From: Haliotis rubra
Taxonomy: Eukaryota
Assembly (NCBI RefSeq): GCF_003918875.1
Contig: NW_025766558.1
Coordinates: 2,480,001 to 2,544,000 of the forward strand
Direction: 5' to 3'
DNA: 64,000 nucleotides
The position numbers and the translations under genes were made by a program. The notes beneath the pieces are model-generated. The model made no database searches. It was not told the DNA's origin and saw only the letters and a program-made list of their open reading frames with translations. Below are positions 41,601 through 52,009 of this stretch, piece after piece (the stretch's first letter is position 1; every line of letters begins with the position of its first letter).

Positions 41601-44600
41601 ACTTACATGGTGGTAGGTCAGCTTACAACTGTGATAGGTCAACTTACAACTGTGGTAGGTCAACTTACAACTGTGGTAGGTCAACTTACAACTGTGGTAG
41701 GTCAACTTACAACAACTGTGGTAGGTCAACTTACAACTGTGATAGGTCAACTTACAACTGTGGTAGGTCAACTTACAAACTGTGGTAGGTCAACTTACTG
41801 TGGTAACTGTGGTAGGTCAACTTACATCTGTGGTAGGTCAACTTACAACTGTGGTAGGTCAACTTACAACTGTGGTAGGTCAGCTTACAACTGTGGTAGG
41901 TCAACTTACAACTGTGGTAGGTCAACTTACAACTGTGATAGGTCAACTTACAACTGTGGTAGGTCAGCTTACAACTGTGGTAGGTCAACTTACAACTGTG
42001 GTAGGTCAACTTACAACTGTGATAGGTCAACTTACAGCTATGGTAGGTCAGCTTACAACTGTGATAGGTCAACTTACAGCTATGGTAGGTCAGCTTACAA
42101 CTGTGATAGGTCAACTTACATCTGTGGTAGGTCAACTTACAACTGTGGTAGGTCAACTTACAACTGTGGTAGGTCAACTTACAACTGTGGTAGGTCAACT
42201 TACAACTGTGGTAGGTCAACTTACAACTGTGGTAGGTCAACTTACAACTGTGATAGGTCAACTTACAACTGTGGTAGGTCAACTTACAGCTCAACTTACA
42301 ACTGTGGTAGGTCAACTTACAACTGTGGTAGGTCAACTTACATCTGTGGTAGGTCAACTTACATCTGTGGTAGGTCAACTTACAACTGTGGTAGGTCAAC
42401 TTACAACTGTGGTAGGTCAACTTACATCAACTTACAACTGTGGTAGGTCAACTTACATCTGTGGTAGGTCAACTTACAACTGTGGTAGGTCAGCTTACAA
42501 CTGTGGTAGGTCAACTTACATCTGTGGTAGGTCAACTTACAACTGTGGTAGGTCAACTTACATCTGTTGTAGGTCAACTTACATCTGTGGTTGGTCAACT
42601 TATATATCATACATACATTATTATTACTTTTAAAAATTACATGTATTTGTTTGTACATTTTTAAATGAAAGTATTACTGATTACCTTTGGTATGTTTCAG
42701 GGACATTGCAGGACATGAGAGGTTTGGTCACATGACCCGAGTGTACTACAAATATGCGTAAGTCATCTGGCAGTTCTGGCAGTTAAAAACCAAAACTACT
42801 AACATGTCTAAGACGTCAAATTATTATTAGGAATGATCCATTGGAGATCTATGGAACAGGAATTTTTTTTAAATAAATTGATTGTTCAGAAATGAATAGT
42901 TTGCTGGCAGTGTTGAAAAAAAATGAACAGTTTGTTTTATAGAATAATACACAAAATCATTCATTTGTTTGTAAATAGTGTAAATGAATTAATTGTTTGA
43001 TAAAAATAATCCCCCCACATAACACACAAAGTAGAAATTTATCACTTCTGATCGATAATTTTTGTTATTTCATTTTCAGAATTGCAGCAATCATATGCTT
43101 TGACTTGTCAAGGTAATTATGTTTCAGTTGTTACTTGTGACAGAGTCCTTGTACATAACAATGATGACAGACTGGGTGTTCTACAATGTTTAACTGGCAA
43201 ATATTCTCATTTATGCTTAATTTTTGTTTGACATTTTAGATTGCCCATATTTGATTGATTTATCATTTCAAAAACATATTTGATTTTGCAACATTTCATT
43301 TCAGACCAGCCACATTTGATTCAGTTCTAAAAGTAAGTTGGATGTTTAATCAATATGTCATGCCCTGTTCAAACATCATTAACAGTTAGTGTTCCGCCTG
43401 ATCCTGAGATAGTCCTTGCAAATTATTTCTTTTGCAAAAATTTACTGAAAAAAGTCAAGAAGTACAAGCGTTCCTTCTACTTTAGACCCCTCTTTGTCTT
43501 TAAACAACTCTTTTTCCATGTATTTTTAATATATGTGAACTATAATTGTAGCCTCTCTGGAACTTTTATACAATTATTTTTGAAGTTCTGCTTGACATTT
43601 CTATGGATGTTTGTTTTCATGTAACTTTTTCTCTTGATTTCCAGTGGCTGAATGATGTAAATTCCAAAGTGATGCTAGCCAATGAACAGCCAGTACCAAT
43701 CATGCTGCTGGCCAATAAGGTGAGAGTTCGACTATGGCTGCTCTCATTTTCCTGGTGTTGCATGCCTTTTGATCCTCGGGAGAAGCTGAGTATAATTAGG
43801 GCAGGTGACTCCATACTTACCTCTTGGATAACTCTTCCGCTCATTGAGTCTTTTATCATCATAAGGATCAGCACCTATTTCTGATCACACACACTTGCCA
43901 ATCAAACACACCATTATGATCCCCGGGATGACATACATTGTTGTACACCTGTTCTGTACATTATACCTGTTTTTACACCTGTCACACTGTTCCCAGTTTT
44001 ACATGTGTCACTCTGTTCCTAGTTTTACATATGTCACACTGTTCCCAGTTTGACATGTGTCACTCTGTTTCCAGTTTTACATATGTCACACTGTTCCCAT
44101 TTTTACATGTGTCACACTGTTTCCAGATTTTACATGTGTCACACTGTTTCCAGATTTACATGTGTCACACTGTTCCTACTTTTACATGTGTCACACTGTT
44201 CCTAGTTTTACATGTGTCACACTGTTCCTAGTTTTACATGTGTCACACTGTTCCTAGTTTTACATGTGTCACTCTGTTCCCAGTTTTACATGTGTCACAC
44301 TGTTCCTAATTTTACATGTGTCACACTGTTTCCAGATTTACATGTGTCACACTGTTCCCAGTTTTACATGTGTCACACTGTTCCCAGTTTTACATGTGTC
44401 ACACTGTTCCCAGTTTTACATGTGTCACACTGTTTCCAGATTTACATGTGTCACACTGTTCCAGATTTACATGTGTCACACTGTTCCCAGTTTTACATGT
44501 GTCACACTGTTCCTAGATTTACATGTGTCACACTGTTCCCAGTTTTACATGTGCGACATGGTTCCCAGTTTTTTACATGTGTCACACTGTTCCCAGATTT

Positions 44601-47600
44601 ACATGTGTGACATGGTTCCCCAGATTTACATGTGTCACACTGTTTCCAGATTTACATGTGTGTCACACTGTTTCCAGTTTTACATGTGTCACACTGTTCC
44701 CAGATTTACATGTGTCACACTGTTCCCAGTTTTACATGTGTCACACTGTTCCCAGATTTACATGTGTCACACTGTTCCCAGATTTACATGTGTCACACTG
44801 TTCCCAGTTTTACATGTGTCACACTGTTCCCAGATTTACATGTGTCACACTGTTTCCAGATTTACATGTGCCACACTGTTCCCAGTTTTACATGTGTCAC
44901 TGTTCCCAGTGTTTCTCAAATTCAGTGAAATGGCCTGAAAACACAAAACTGATTTGAAGTAAAACAGAGGTATAGATTATTTAAATATTCAGTCACTGTA
45001 CAGTCACATGTAGAGTTGATGGGGCTGGGCGTGACAGCTGTCTGGTTACCCATGGCAACTGGCCATTACTGTATGGCAGCCACAAACACAGGCCTTCACT
45101 TGTCTCCCACTTAGTGCTGCCTCCCCTTCAGCCAACATGGCAGGTTGTCTTGTTCTTGATTATGTGATATTTTATGTTCAGAATTTGAATACATAAGTAT
45201 TTCTTTAATTCAGTTTGTTTTTATATATGTATGAGATGGAATTATTAATTCAATAAGTACATGTGTCAGTTCTTGTGTCGCCTAATGTCATTGTGGGAAA
45301 TGTATTGGATTTGTGTTATGTCTTAAAGTCTTAGTTGACATTAGGCAATTTGAAGGTGTGATCTATTAGTCATACCAGTGATCTCTGTGATCTGTTTGTT
45401 CTGCCGATGATGTCTGTGATTTGTTTGTTCTGCCTGTAATATCTGTGAAATCCAACTGAAATTCAGAAATTTTATATAAATCCCAAAAGGCAAAGTCATT
45501 TGCTAATAGATTCTAATGTATCTATTACCAGAGACCATATAATATGGTCTCTGCTATTACGCATGTGTTGTTTCCATAGCAACATCCAACAAAATGGCAG
45601 ACAACTACAAAGTTGTAAACAATATGGGTTTCTTTAATTTAGGTCCTTAACAGATTGATGATGAACGTATGCAATATAATGTACTTTATATCACAATACT
45701 TGAATCATTATATTATATGTGTGATCTGTTGTGTGTATGTGGGGTTGATCTGTTACAGTGTGACATCGATGATGTAAATGCAGACGTAGGCATCCTCAAC
45801 AAGTTCTGCAAGGACTACAACTTTATAGGCTGGTTTCAGACATCAGCCAAGTCTGACATCAATATAGGTAAGTTTCAGACATCGCCAAGTCTGACATCAA
45901 TATAGGTAGGTTTCAGACATCGGTCAAGTCTGACATCACTGCAGGTAGGTTTCAGACATCAGGCCAAGTCTGACATCAATATACAGGTAGGTTTCAGACA
46001 TCAGCCAAGTCTGACATCAATAGGTAGGTTCTGACATCAGCCAAGTATGACATCAATATAGGTAGGTTTCAGACATCAGCCAAGTCTGACATCAATATAG
46101 GTAGGTTTCAGACATCAGCCAAGTATGACATCACTATAGGTAGGTTTCAGACATCAGCCAAGTCTGACATCAATATAGGTAGGTTTCAGACATCAGCCAA
46201 GTCTGACATCAATATAGGTAGGTTTCAGACATCGGCCAAGTCTGACATCAATATAGGCTGGTTTCAGACAGGCCAAGTCTGACAGACATCGATCAAGTCT
46301 GACATCAATATAGGTAGGTTTCAGACATCAGAAGTCTGATCAATATAGGTAGGTTTCCAAGTCTGACATCAATATAGGTAGGTTTCAGACATCAGCCAAG
46401 TCTGACATCAATATAGGTAGGTTTCAGACATCAGCCAAGTCTGACATCAATATAGGTAGGTTTCAGACACAAGTCTGACATCAATATAGGTAGGTTTCAG
46501 ACATCAGCCAAGTCTGACATCAATATAGGTAGGTTTCAGACATCGCCAAGTCTGACATCAATATAGGCTGGTTTCAGACATCAAGTCTGACATCAATATA
46601 GTAGGTTTCAGACATCAGCCAAGTCTGACGTCTGGTTTCAGACATCAATATAGGCTGGTTTCAGACATCGGCCAAGTCTGACATCATTATACATCATTAT
46701 AGGTAGGTTTCAGACATCGCCAAGTCTGACATATAGGCTGGTTTCAGACATCGCGGGCTAAGTCCGACATCAATATAGGTAGGTTTCAGACATCAATACA
46801 GGTAGCAGACATCGCCAAGTCTGACATCAATATAGGTAGGTTTCAGACATCAGCCAAGTTCGACATCAATATAGGTTTCCAGACATGGTAAGTCTGACAT
46901 CAATATAGTAGGTTTCAGACATCGCCAAGTATGTCAATATCAGACACATCAGCCAAGTCTGACATCAATAGGTAGACATCGCCAAGTCTGACGCTAAGTA
47001 TAAGTTTTCAGACATCAGGCCAAGTCTGACATCAATATAAGGTGGTTTCAGACATCGCCAAGTAAGTCTGACATCAATAATAGGTAAGCTGGTTTCAGAC
47101 ATCGCCAAGTCTGACATCAATATAGGTAGGTTTCAGACATCAGCCAAGTCTGACATCAATATAGGTAGGTTTCAGACATCAGCCAAGTCTGACATCAATA
47201 TAGGTAGGTTTCAGACATCAGCCAAGTCTGACATCAATATAGGCTGGTTTCAGACATCAATATAGGTGGTTTCAGACATCAAGTCTGACATCAATATAGG
47301 TAGGTTTCCGACATCACATCAATATAGGTAGGTTTCAGACATCGGCAAGTATGAATGTCTGACATCAATATAGGCTGGTTTCAGACATCGGCCAAGTCTG
47401 ACATCAATATAGGCTGGTTTCAGACATCAGCCAAGTCTGACATCAATATAGGTAGGTTTCAGAAGATAGCAAAATCTGGATCAAAAGTGTATTGATATGA
47501 GATACACAGCAGTAGGTTGACGAGGTCTGTTAGTCACAGGTACAGTATGTTAGAAGAAGTAGGTCAGAGCTGATAACATTAATATAGATAAGATAAGGAT

Positions 47601-49046
47601 GGACATATTTGACGTTGTTGTAAACAGTTACAGTATTCATAAATAATATATTAGGCTGCCATAACATTTTCCCAGGTTTATAGAAAGAAATTCTGATTTC
47701 TAGTTTGTATAGGATTAGTTTCCTAAATATGTCATTTATTGGGCATGTAGAAAGTTAGGGAAATTGTGACCAGGTCCAGAAATATAATCTTGAGAATCTG
47801 TTTTAACATGTGTGATATCAAGCATGAGCTGCCCAACCTGTGAAGATCCAGGTTAGAAGTGATCTTCAGTAACCCATGCTTGTCATAAGAGGCAACTTAC
47901 GGGATTGGGTGGTCAGTCTCGCTGACTTGGTTAACACATGTCATCAGTTCCCAATTGCGTAGATTGATGCTCATGCTGTTGATCACTGGATTGTCTGGTC
48001 CAGACTCAATTATTTACAGACCGCCGACATACAGCTGAAATAATGCTGAGTGCGGCATTAAACAACAAACCAACCAGGATGTAAGATGAGCTCCCCTGCA
48101 GCATGTGAGTCGTGATCACATTACACATTTAAGTAGGTATAGATGTATAACTGTACAGAGTTTGATGGAGAGTTATTTCACACTGACCAGTGACATGCAT
48201 TAGTGAGTGAGACTATGTATGTTTAACCTTAGACCACAAAGGCTTTGACATTGCAAAATGAATAAAAATATTTTGAATGCTTTTAAAAACATGTCCACAT
48301 TAGTGAGTGAGTTTAGTTTTACGCCGCACTCTGCAATATCCCAGCTATATGGCGACGGTCTGTAAATAATCGAGTCTGGACCAGACAATCCAGTGATCAA
48401 CAGCATGAGCATCGATCTGCGCAAGTGGGAACCGATGACATGTGTCAACCAAGTCAGCGAAACTGACCACCCGATCCAGTTAGTCGCCTCTTACGACAAG
48501 CATAGTCGCCTTTTATGGCAAGCACATGGGTTGCTGAAGACCTATTCTATCCCGGATCTTCACGGGTCTATGTCCACATTAACACATGAAGAGGAAACAT
48601 TTTATGGATAGACAACTTCTTTACTGCAATAGATGGGACATTTCAGTGTAGATGCTAACATCATTATCAAGCAAGTGATGGTGTTAGCATCGACACCAAA
48701 ACATTGCATCTATTGCAATAAAAGATGTCTATCATTAAAAATTGTTCTTCTTCATTACACCAGCTTCTAAATGCCACTAAAGAAGACACATTAAAGTATT
48801 TTAAGAACATAGGACATAGTGAATGCAGTTGTGACATTTCACCTGTAGAAATGTAGAAACTCAGTGACATCTAATTTTCCTTCAGAAAAATCTATGAACT
48901 TCCTTGTGGAGCACATCTTGTCCCTCCCCACGGAGAGCCAGCAGCCTAGCGAGCATGTCACCCTACAGTCCTCCGTCTCCTCCAGAGATGACTCCCCCGA
49001 ACAGCCCCGAACCCCACACAGACAGGAGAGTGGATGCTGCAGCTAA
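32539..49046 (+). CDS. Rab32: Rab32/Rab38-subfamily small GTPase (possibly the invertebrate Rab32LO-type paralogue), 9 exons, 232 aa: join(32539-32644,33635-33667,41144-41240,42701-42757,43080-43112,43305-43332,43645-43719,45759-45867,48886-49046)
   Basis: Hand-spliced GT-AG exons with consistent phases total 699 nt. Motifs: G1 GEFGVGKT, effector TIGVDFALK (FALK typical of Rab32/38/29), G3 WDIAGHERFGHMTRVYY, G4 ANKCD, G5 FQTSAK, C-terminal GCCS prenylation motif. Exact paralogue not resolved. Confidence 0.93.
33635..33667 (+). CDS. Rab32: Rab32-like exon 2 (GKTSIIRRYTE)
   Basis: tttccacag acceptor, G|gtaag donor, completes the P-loop. Confidence 0.92.
33733..34088 (+). mobile_element. Family B SINE in Rab intron 2
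   Basis: Near-identical to 16624-16996; TSD about ATTTCACCAAC. Confidence 0.9.
34423..34666 (+). mobile_element. SINE-like family C (no tRNA head, CCCGTGAAGATCCGGG 5' end)
   Basis: Multi-copy in the window; tail GCTGGAATATTGCTGAGTGC..TTAAAC(AACC)n. Confidence 0.88.
35442..35712. repeat. 65-bp tandem repeat x4
   Basis: AAAACAACAACCCTGTTAGTGCCGTTATCTTACTGG... near-perfect copies. Confidence 0.95.
36724..37030 (+). pseudogene. Decayed Tc1-family transposase (N-terminal HTH region)
   Basis: MPRLTTAQHNEAIG and ADRRPHVIMPRQDRWI resemble Tc1 MPRL...AIG and DRPRSGRPRVTT.RQDRYI. Confidence 0.6.
37134..37592. repeat. 42-bp minisatellite, about 11 copies
   Basis: GTACATGTGTGATTCCTGA(CA/TG)TGATATCATGAGATCTGGTGG. 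Confidence 0.97.
38012..38307. mobile_element. Old MITE-like element with imperfect long inverted repeats
   Basis: CTGTATACAGAAATGTAACCTA ... TAGGGTACATTTCTGCATACAG. Confidence 0.55.
40741..40980 (+). mobile_element. SINE-like family C
   Basis: Similarity to the other copies. Confidence 0.88.
41144..41240 (+). CDS. Rab32: Rab32-like exon 3 (GYFSPNYKLTIGVDFALKTVDWDKNTKVNLQLW)
   Basis: ttcttgcag acceptor, switch I/FALK motif, donor TG|gtaggt. Confidence 0.93.
41241..42602 (+). repeat. 21-bp minisatellite made of the exon-3 3' end plus splice donor, about 65 copies
   Basis: Unit GT+AGGTCAACTTACAACTGTG; the 19-mer is identical to the last 19 nt of exon 3. Confidence 0.97.
42701..42757 (+). CDS. 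Rab32: Rab32-like exon 4 (DIAGHERFGHMTRVYYKYA)
   Basis: tttcag acceptor, switch II, donor GC|gtaag. Confidence 0.93.
43080..43112 (+). CDS. Rab32: Rab32-like exon 5 (IAAIICFDLSR)
   Basis: ttttcag acceptor, AG|gtaat donor, phases match the neighbouring exons. Confidence 0.88.
43305..43332 (+). CDS. Rab32: Rab32-like exon 6 (PATFDSVLK)
   Basis: tttcag acceptor, AAA|gtaag donor, Rab-like TF.SV.KW. Confidence 0.88.
43645..43719 (+). CDS. Rab32: Rab32-like exon 7 (WLNDVNSKVMLANEQPVPIMLLANK)
   Basis: tttccag acceptor, AAG|gtgag donor, G4 NK. Confidence 0.92.
43977..44910. repeat. 26-bp minisatellite in Rab intron 7, about 36 copies
   Basis: TGTCACACTGTTCCCAG(T/A)TTTACATG. Confidence 0.97.
45529..45553. 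mobile_element. 25-bp palindromic transposon footprint with a 7-bp TSD
   Basis: CTATTAC-CAGAGACCATATAATATGGTCTCTG-CTATTAC. Confidence 0.8.
45759..45867 (+). CDS. Rab32: Rab32-like exon 8 (CDIDDVNADVGILNKFCKDYNFIGWFQTSAKSDINI)
   Basis: ttacag acceptor, G5 TSAK, donor G|gtaagt. Confidence 0.92.
45868..47463 (+). repeat. 39-bp minisatellite made of the exon-8 3' end plus splice donor, about 40 copies
   Basis: Unit GTAGG+TTTCAGACATCAGCCAAGTCTGACATCAATATAG; the exon ends GCTGG plus the same 34 nt. Confidence 0.97.
47836..48076 (+). mobile_element. SINE-like family C
   Basis: Similarity to the other copies; flanking ATGAGCT(G/C)CCC duplication. Confidence 0.88.
48303..48569 (-). mobile_element. 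SINE-like family C (subtype with a duplicated hairpin)
   Basis: 12-bp TSD ATGTCCACATTA; full length. Confidence 0.92.
48886..49046 (+). CDS. Rab32: Rab32-like exon 9 (EKSMNFLVEHIL...QESGCCS*)
   Basis: ttccttcag acceptor, hypervariable tail, CC prenylation motif, TAA. Confidence 0.9.
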
Positions 49047-50359
49047 CAATGGCTGTATATAGTAGACACCACCAACCAGGGTCACCACTCAACAGTCAGG
49101 GTGGGGGTCGTCAGCGACTGGTCAGATATGGGTGGGGAGATAGGACTGGTCCACATCCAGTGCCTTTTGATGGGGGTCATGGCATAAAACAGGATTTCAG
49201 GGAGACGTAGGAAGCCTCATGAAAATCAGTATATGTATAAATTAAGTAAAATAGATTTTTTTTTAAGTAACAACATATCTGAGAGAAGGAAACCTACTTT
49301 AGGGGTCACCATGACACCCAGTAATCAGTGGTTGATCTTTAGGGCCTAAGGTACGTTCTGCAATGAGGGCTTGTTATATTTATCGTGTTGACCTCAAGTT
49401 GAACCAAATGGACCGGCTTGAATGGAGAAAACCACTATCGAGACATCATACTGGAAGTAATATGGTTTCAAATGTTATTGTTTCATTACGAGTAAGAAAT
49501 CCACAATGTGATAACTTACATACTATTTATAGTTGATTTTGAAAATAATGGGTAAGGTGATCATGTTTAGAAATGTTACTACCAATCATGTTGCTTACAA
49601 GACACAGGCTGAGCTCAATTAATGTACCACAGCTGACATAGTGATTCTGCTTGCACATGTATATCTTATTTGTGTTAACTTGTATGGAATTATAAGCAGT
49701 TATATGAGTTATCAAAATGTGATAGATGTACTGCAAGTTCAATTTTAGTTGAAGCTTTGAATGACATATTTGAACATTATTCTGTTACATGTGCTTAAAT
49801 CACAGTTTTCATGTTTATTTGTTTATTTTCAACCTTGATGAATACCTCATAATATTTTTGTCTTAAATCCAAATGACTGTGCCTTTGACATTTTAACTGT
49901 CATTATAGGAATGGACAGATAAGGTGGTGGGATTTACCTCCCTTGGTGGTGCTGGTGTGTGTGTGCGCGCTTGTGTACATGTTGTTTGTTGCAGAACATG
50001 TTCCTAAGGCTGTTCAAATTGGTGAAATGTTTCTCAGGCATGAATGGAGGTTTAAAATGTCAAAAATGATATAGGAGTGTCCTTATTTCAAGTGTCCCTT
50101 TTTTCATATGTTATGGTAATCATCTGCTTGAACAAGAACTGCAGACTTTTTGATGATTTTTAATTGTTCCTGTCTTTTGAAAACCACATGCCGATGAAAC
50201 AATTAATTAATTCATGGAGTCTTAGACATGACGGCCTGTGGCACTACCTACTTGATAAAGTGTTTTAACCACATGTATATTATACTGAGAGCACAGAGGC
50301 TTGAAATGCCAAAAAATGTCAGCAAGGTATATATTGTCACTGATGGGTCTTAGCACTAA

Positions 50360-50526
50360 GGGGCGGTGGGGTAGCCTAGTGGTTAAAGCGTTGGCTCATC
50401 ACACCGAAGACCCTGGTTCGAATCCCCACATGGGTACAATGTGTGAAGCCCATTTCTGGTGTCCCCCTGTGATGTTTCTGGAATATTGCTAAAAGCGGCG
50501 TAAAACCAAACTCAGTCAGTCAGTCA
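50360..50526 (+). mobile_element. Short tRNA-derived SINE (family A)
   Basis: Similar to 10214-10381; A/B boxes; TSD GTCTTAG(C/T)ACTAA. Confidence 0.9.
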
Positions 50527-51155
50527 GTCTTAGTACTAAATAAAGTCCTTTTATGTCGTGCTAAGATCCCGTAAGTGACAATGTATAAGTTGATGCCAAT
50601 TCTTTTTGCAATACAAGTTCCTGTGACTGAGAAAAGAGAAAAATAATATTTTCTTTATAAAACTCTTCACCTTTGCAGGGTAAGCATGTTAAACATTGTA
50701 TTTAAATTTGTTTAGTGTTATTTAAATGTATATTTTTTTTTTTTTCAGTCTAAATACGTTTTTATTACATATTTTTATGTTTGCCTATTTGTGAACTGTG
50801 TTGATTGTCTTGCTTGACTAACTTATTGTTTTACAGTTTTACTTGGTTACAAATTATTTTCAAAATTACTACATTTTTATATGTGAATAGAATTTATTTT
50901 GTTATGAAATCATACCTGTTATCATGCTTAGATTTTAATGAAACCTTTTGGTAATGTACATGTTGATACGTGTTGTATGTTTCAGATGTAATAATTGATA
51001 TTTATGGGGAGATAACTCTGTGATTTGTTTTGCATAACCTGGTTGAAGTATGGGCAATATGTATTAAGCATGATTTCAGTGTCACTAGGCATCAAGTAAG
51101 TTTGCAATGCTGTTTTTTTTTCTAGTTACCTGTTGATTATTTGCAAAGAATATGT

Positions 51156-51423
51156 TAGTGAGTGAGTGTGTTTAATTTTTACGCTGCACTCAGCAATATT
51201 CCAGCTATATGGCGGCGGTCTGTAAATAATCGAGTCTGGACCAGACAATCCAGTGATCAGCAACATGAGCATCGATCTGCGCAATTGGGAACCGATGACA
51301 TGTGCCAACCAAGTCAGCAAGCCTGACCACCCGATCCCATTAGTCGCCTCTTCGTAGCATAGTGGCCTTTTGTGGCAAGCATGGGTTGCTGAAGACCTAT
51401 TCTACCCCGGATCTTCACGGGTC
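51156..51423 (-). mobile_element. SINE-like family C (duplicated-hairpin subtype)
   Basis: Similar to 48303-48569. Confidence 0.9.
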
Positions 51424-51574
51424 ACAGAAACTGTTAAAAAAGTGAGTTAAAGGGTTATCAGTATTAAGTTTTAACTAGTGAGTGGGAGGTGAGCCAAAGT
51501 GATGTCGGACAAAGGCGTTTGCAGTTTGGTGCACCTCATTAGCATGGGAATTGTGCTGTGCTCAGAGAATACAC

Positions 51575-51745
51575 CGATGAGCCTAGAGATTAAAGTGTCG
51601 GTTCGACATGCCGAAGGTCTAGGTTTGATTCCTTAAATGGATATAATGTATGAATCCTATATCTGGTGTCCTTTCAGTGTTATTCCAGGAATAGAGCTTA
51701 AAGCAGTGGAATACCCAACTCACTCACACACTCACTCACTCACTC
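51575..51745 (+). mobile_element. Degenerate family A SINE
   Basis: Recognisable head and (CTCA)n tail, highly diverged. Confidence 0.65.
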
Positions 51746-52009
51746 GAAAAATTAGAATAAATGAGTAAATGTTGTTATGTGCCTCTGTCAACAAAATATC
51801 TCAGCTACACCACGTGGTCAGGGCATGTCAACATGCAGCTACAGAACATGACCACCTGGTCCTAGCAGTCAGGATAGCCAGGAATAATAATATGGTTTGT
51901 GTTTCTCACACACTGACATGAAAAGTAGGGAAGGGGAAGGGAGATTAAATGTACCATTCAAGATTGTTGCACATATCTAGCAATATACATGCATGTGTGC
52001 AGACATATC

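Noticed and set aside
41238-42664. Long ORFs of VVGQLTT / CGRSTYN / CKLTYHS repeats (up to 337 aa)
   Set aside because: These are by-products of a 21-bp intronic array. They are not in the Rab frame, which has a TAG in nearly every unit.
43938-44957. Cys/His-rich repeat ORFs; possible junction-derived array
   Set aside because: A 26-bp minisatellite in mid-intron, about 260 bp from the donor, with no similarity to the flanking exons.
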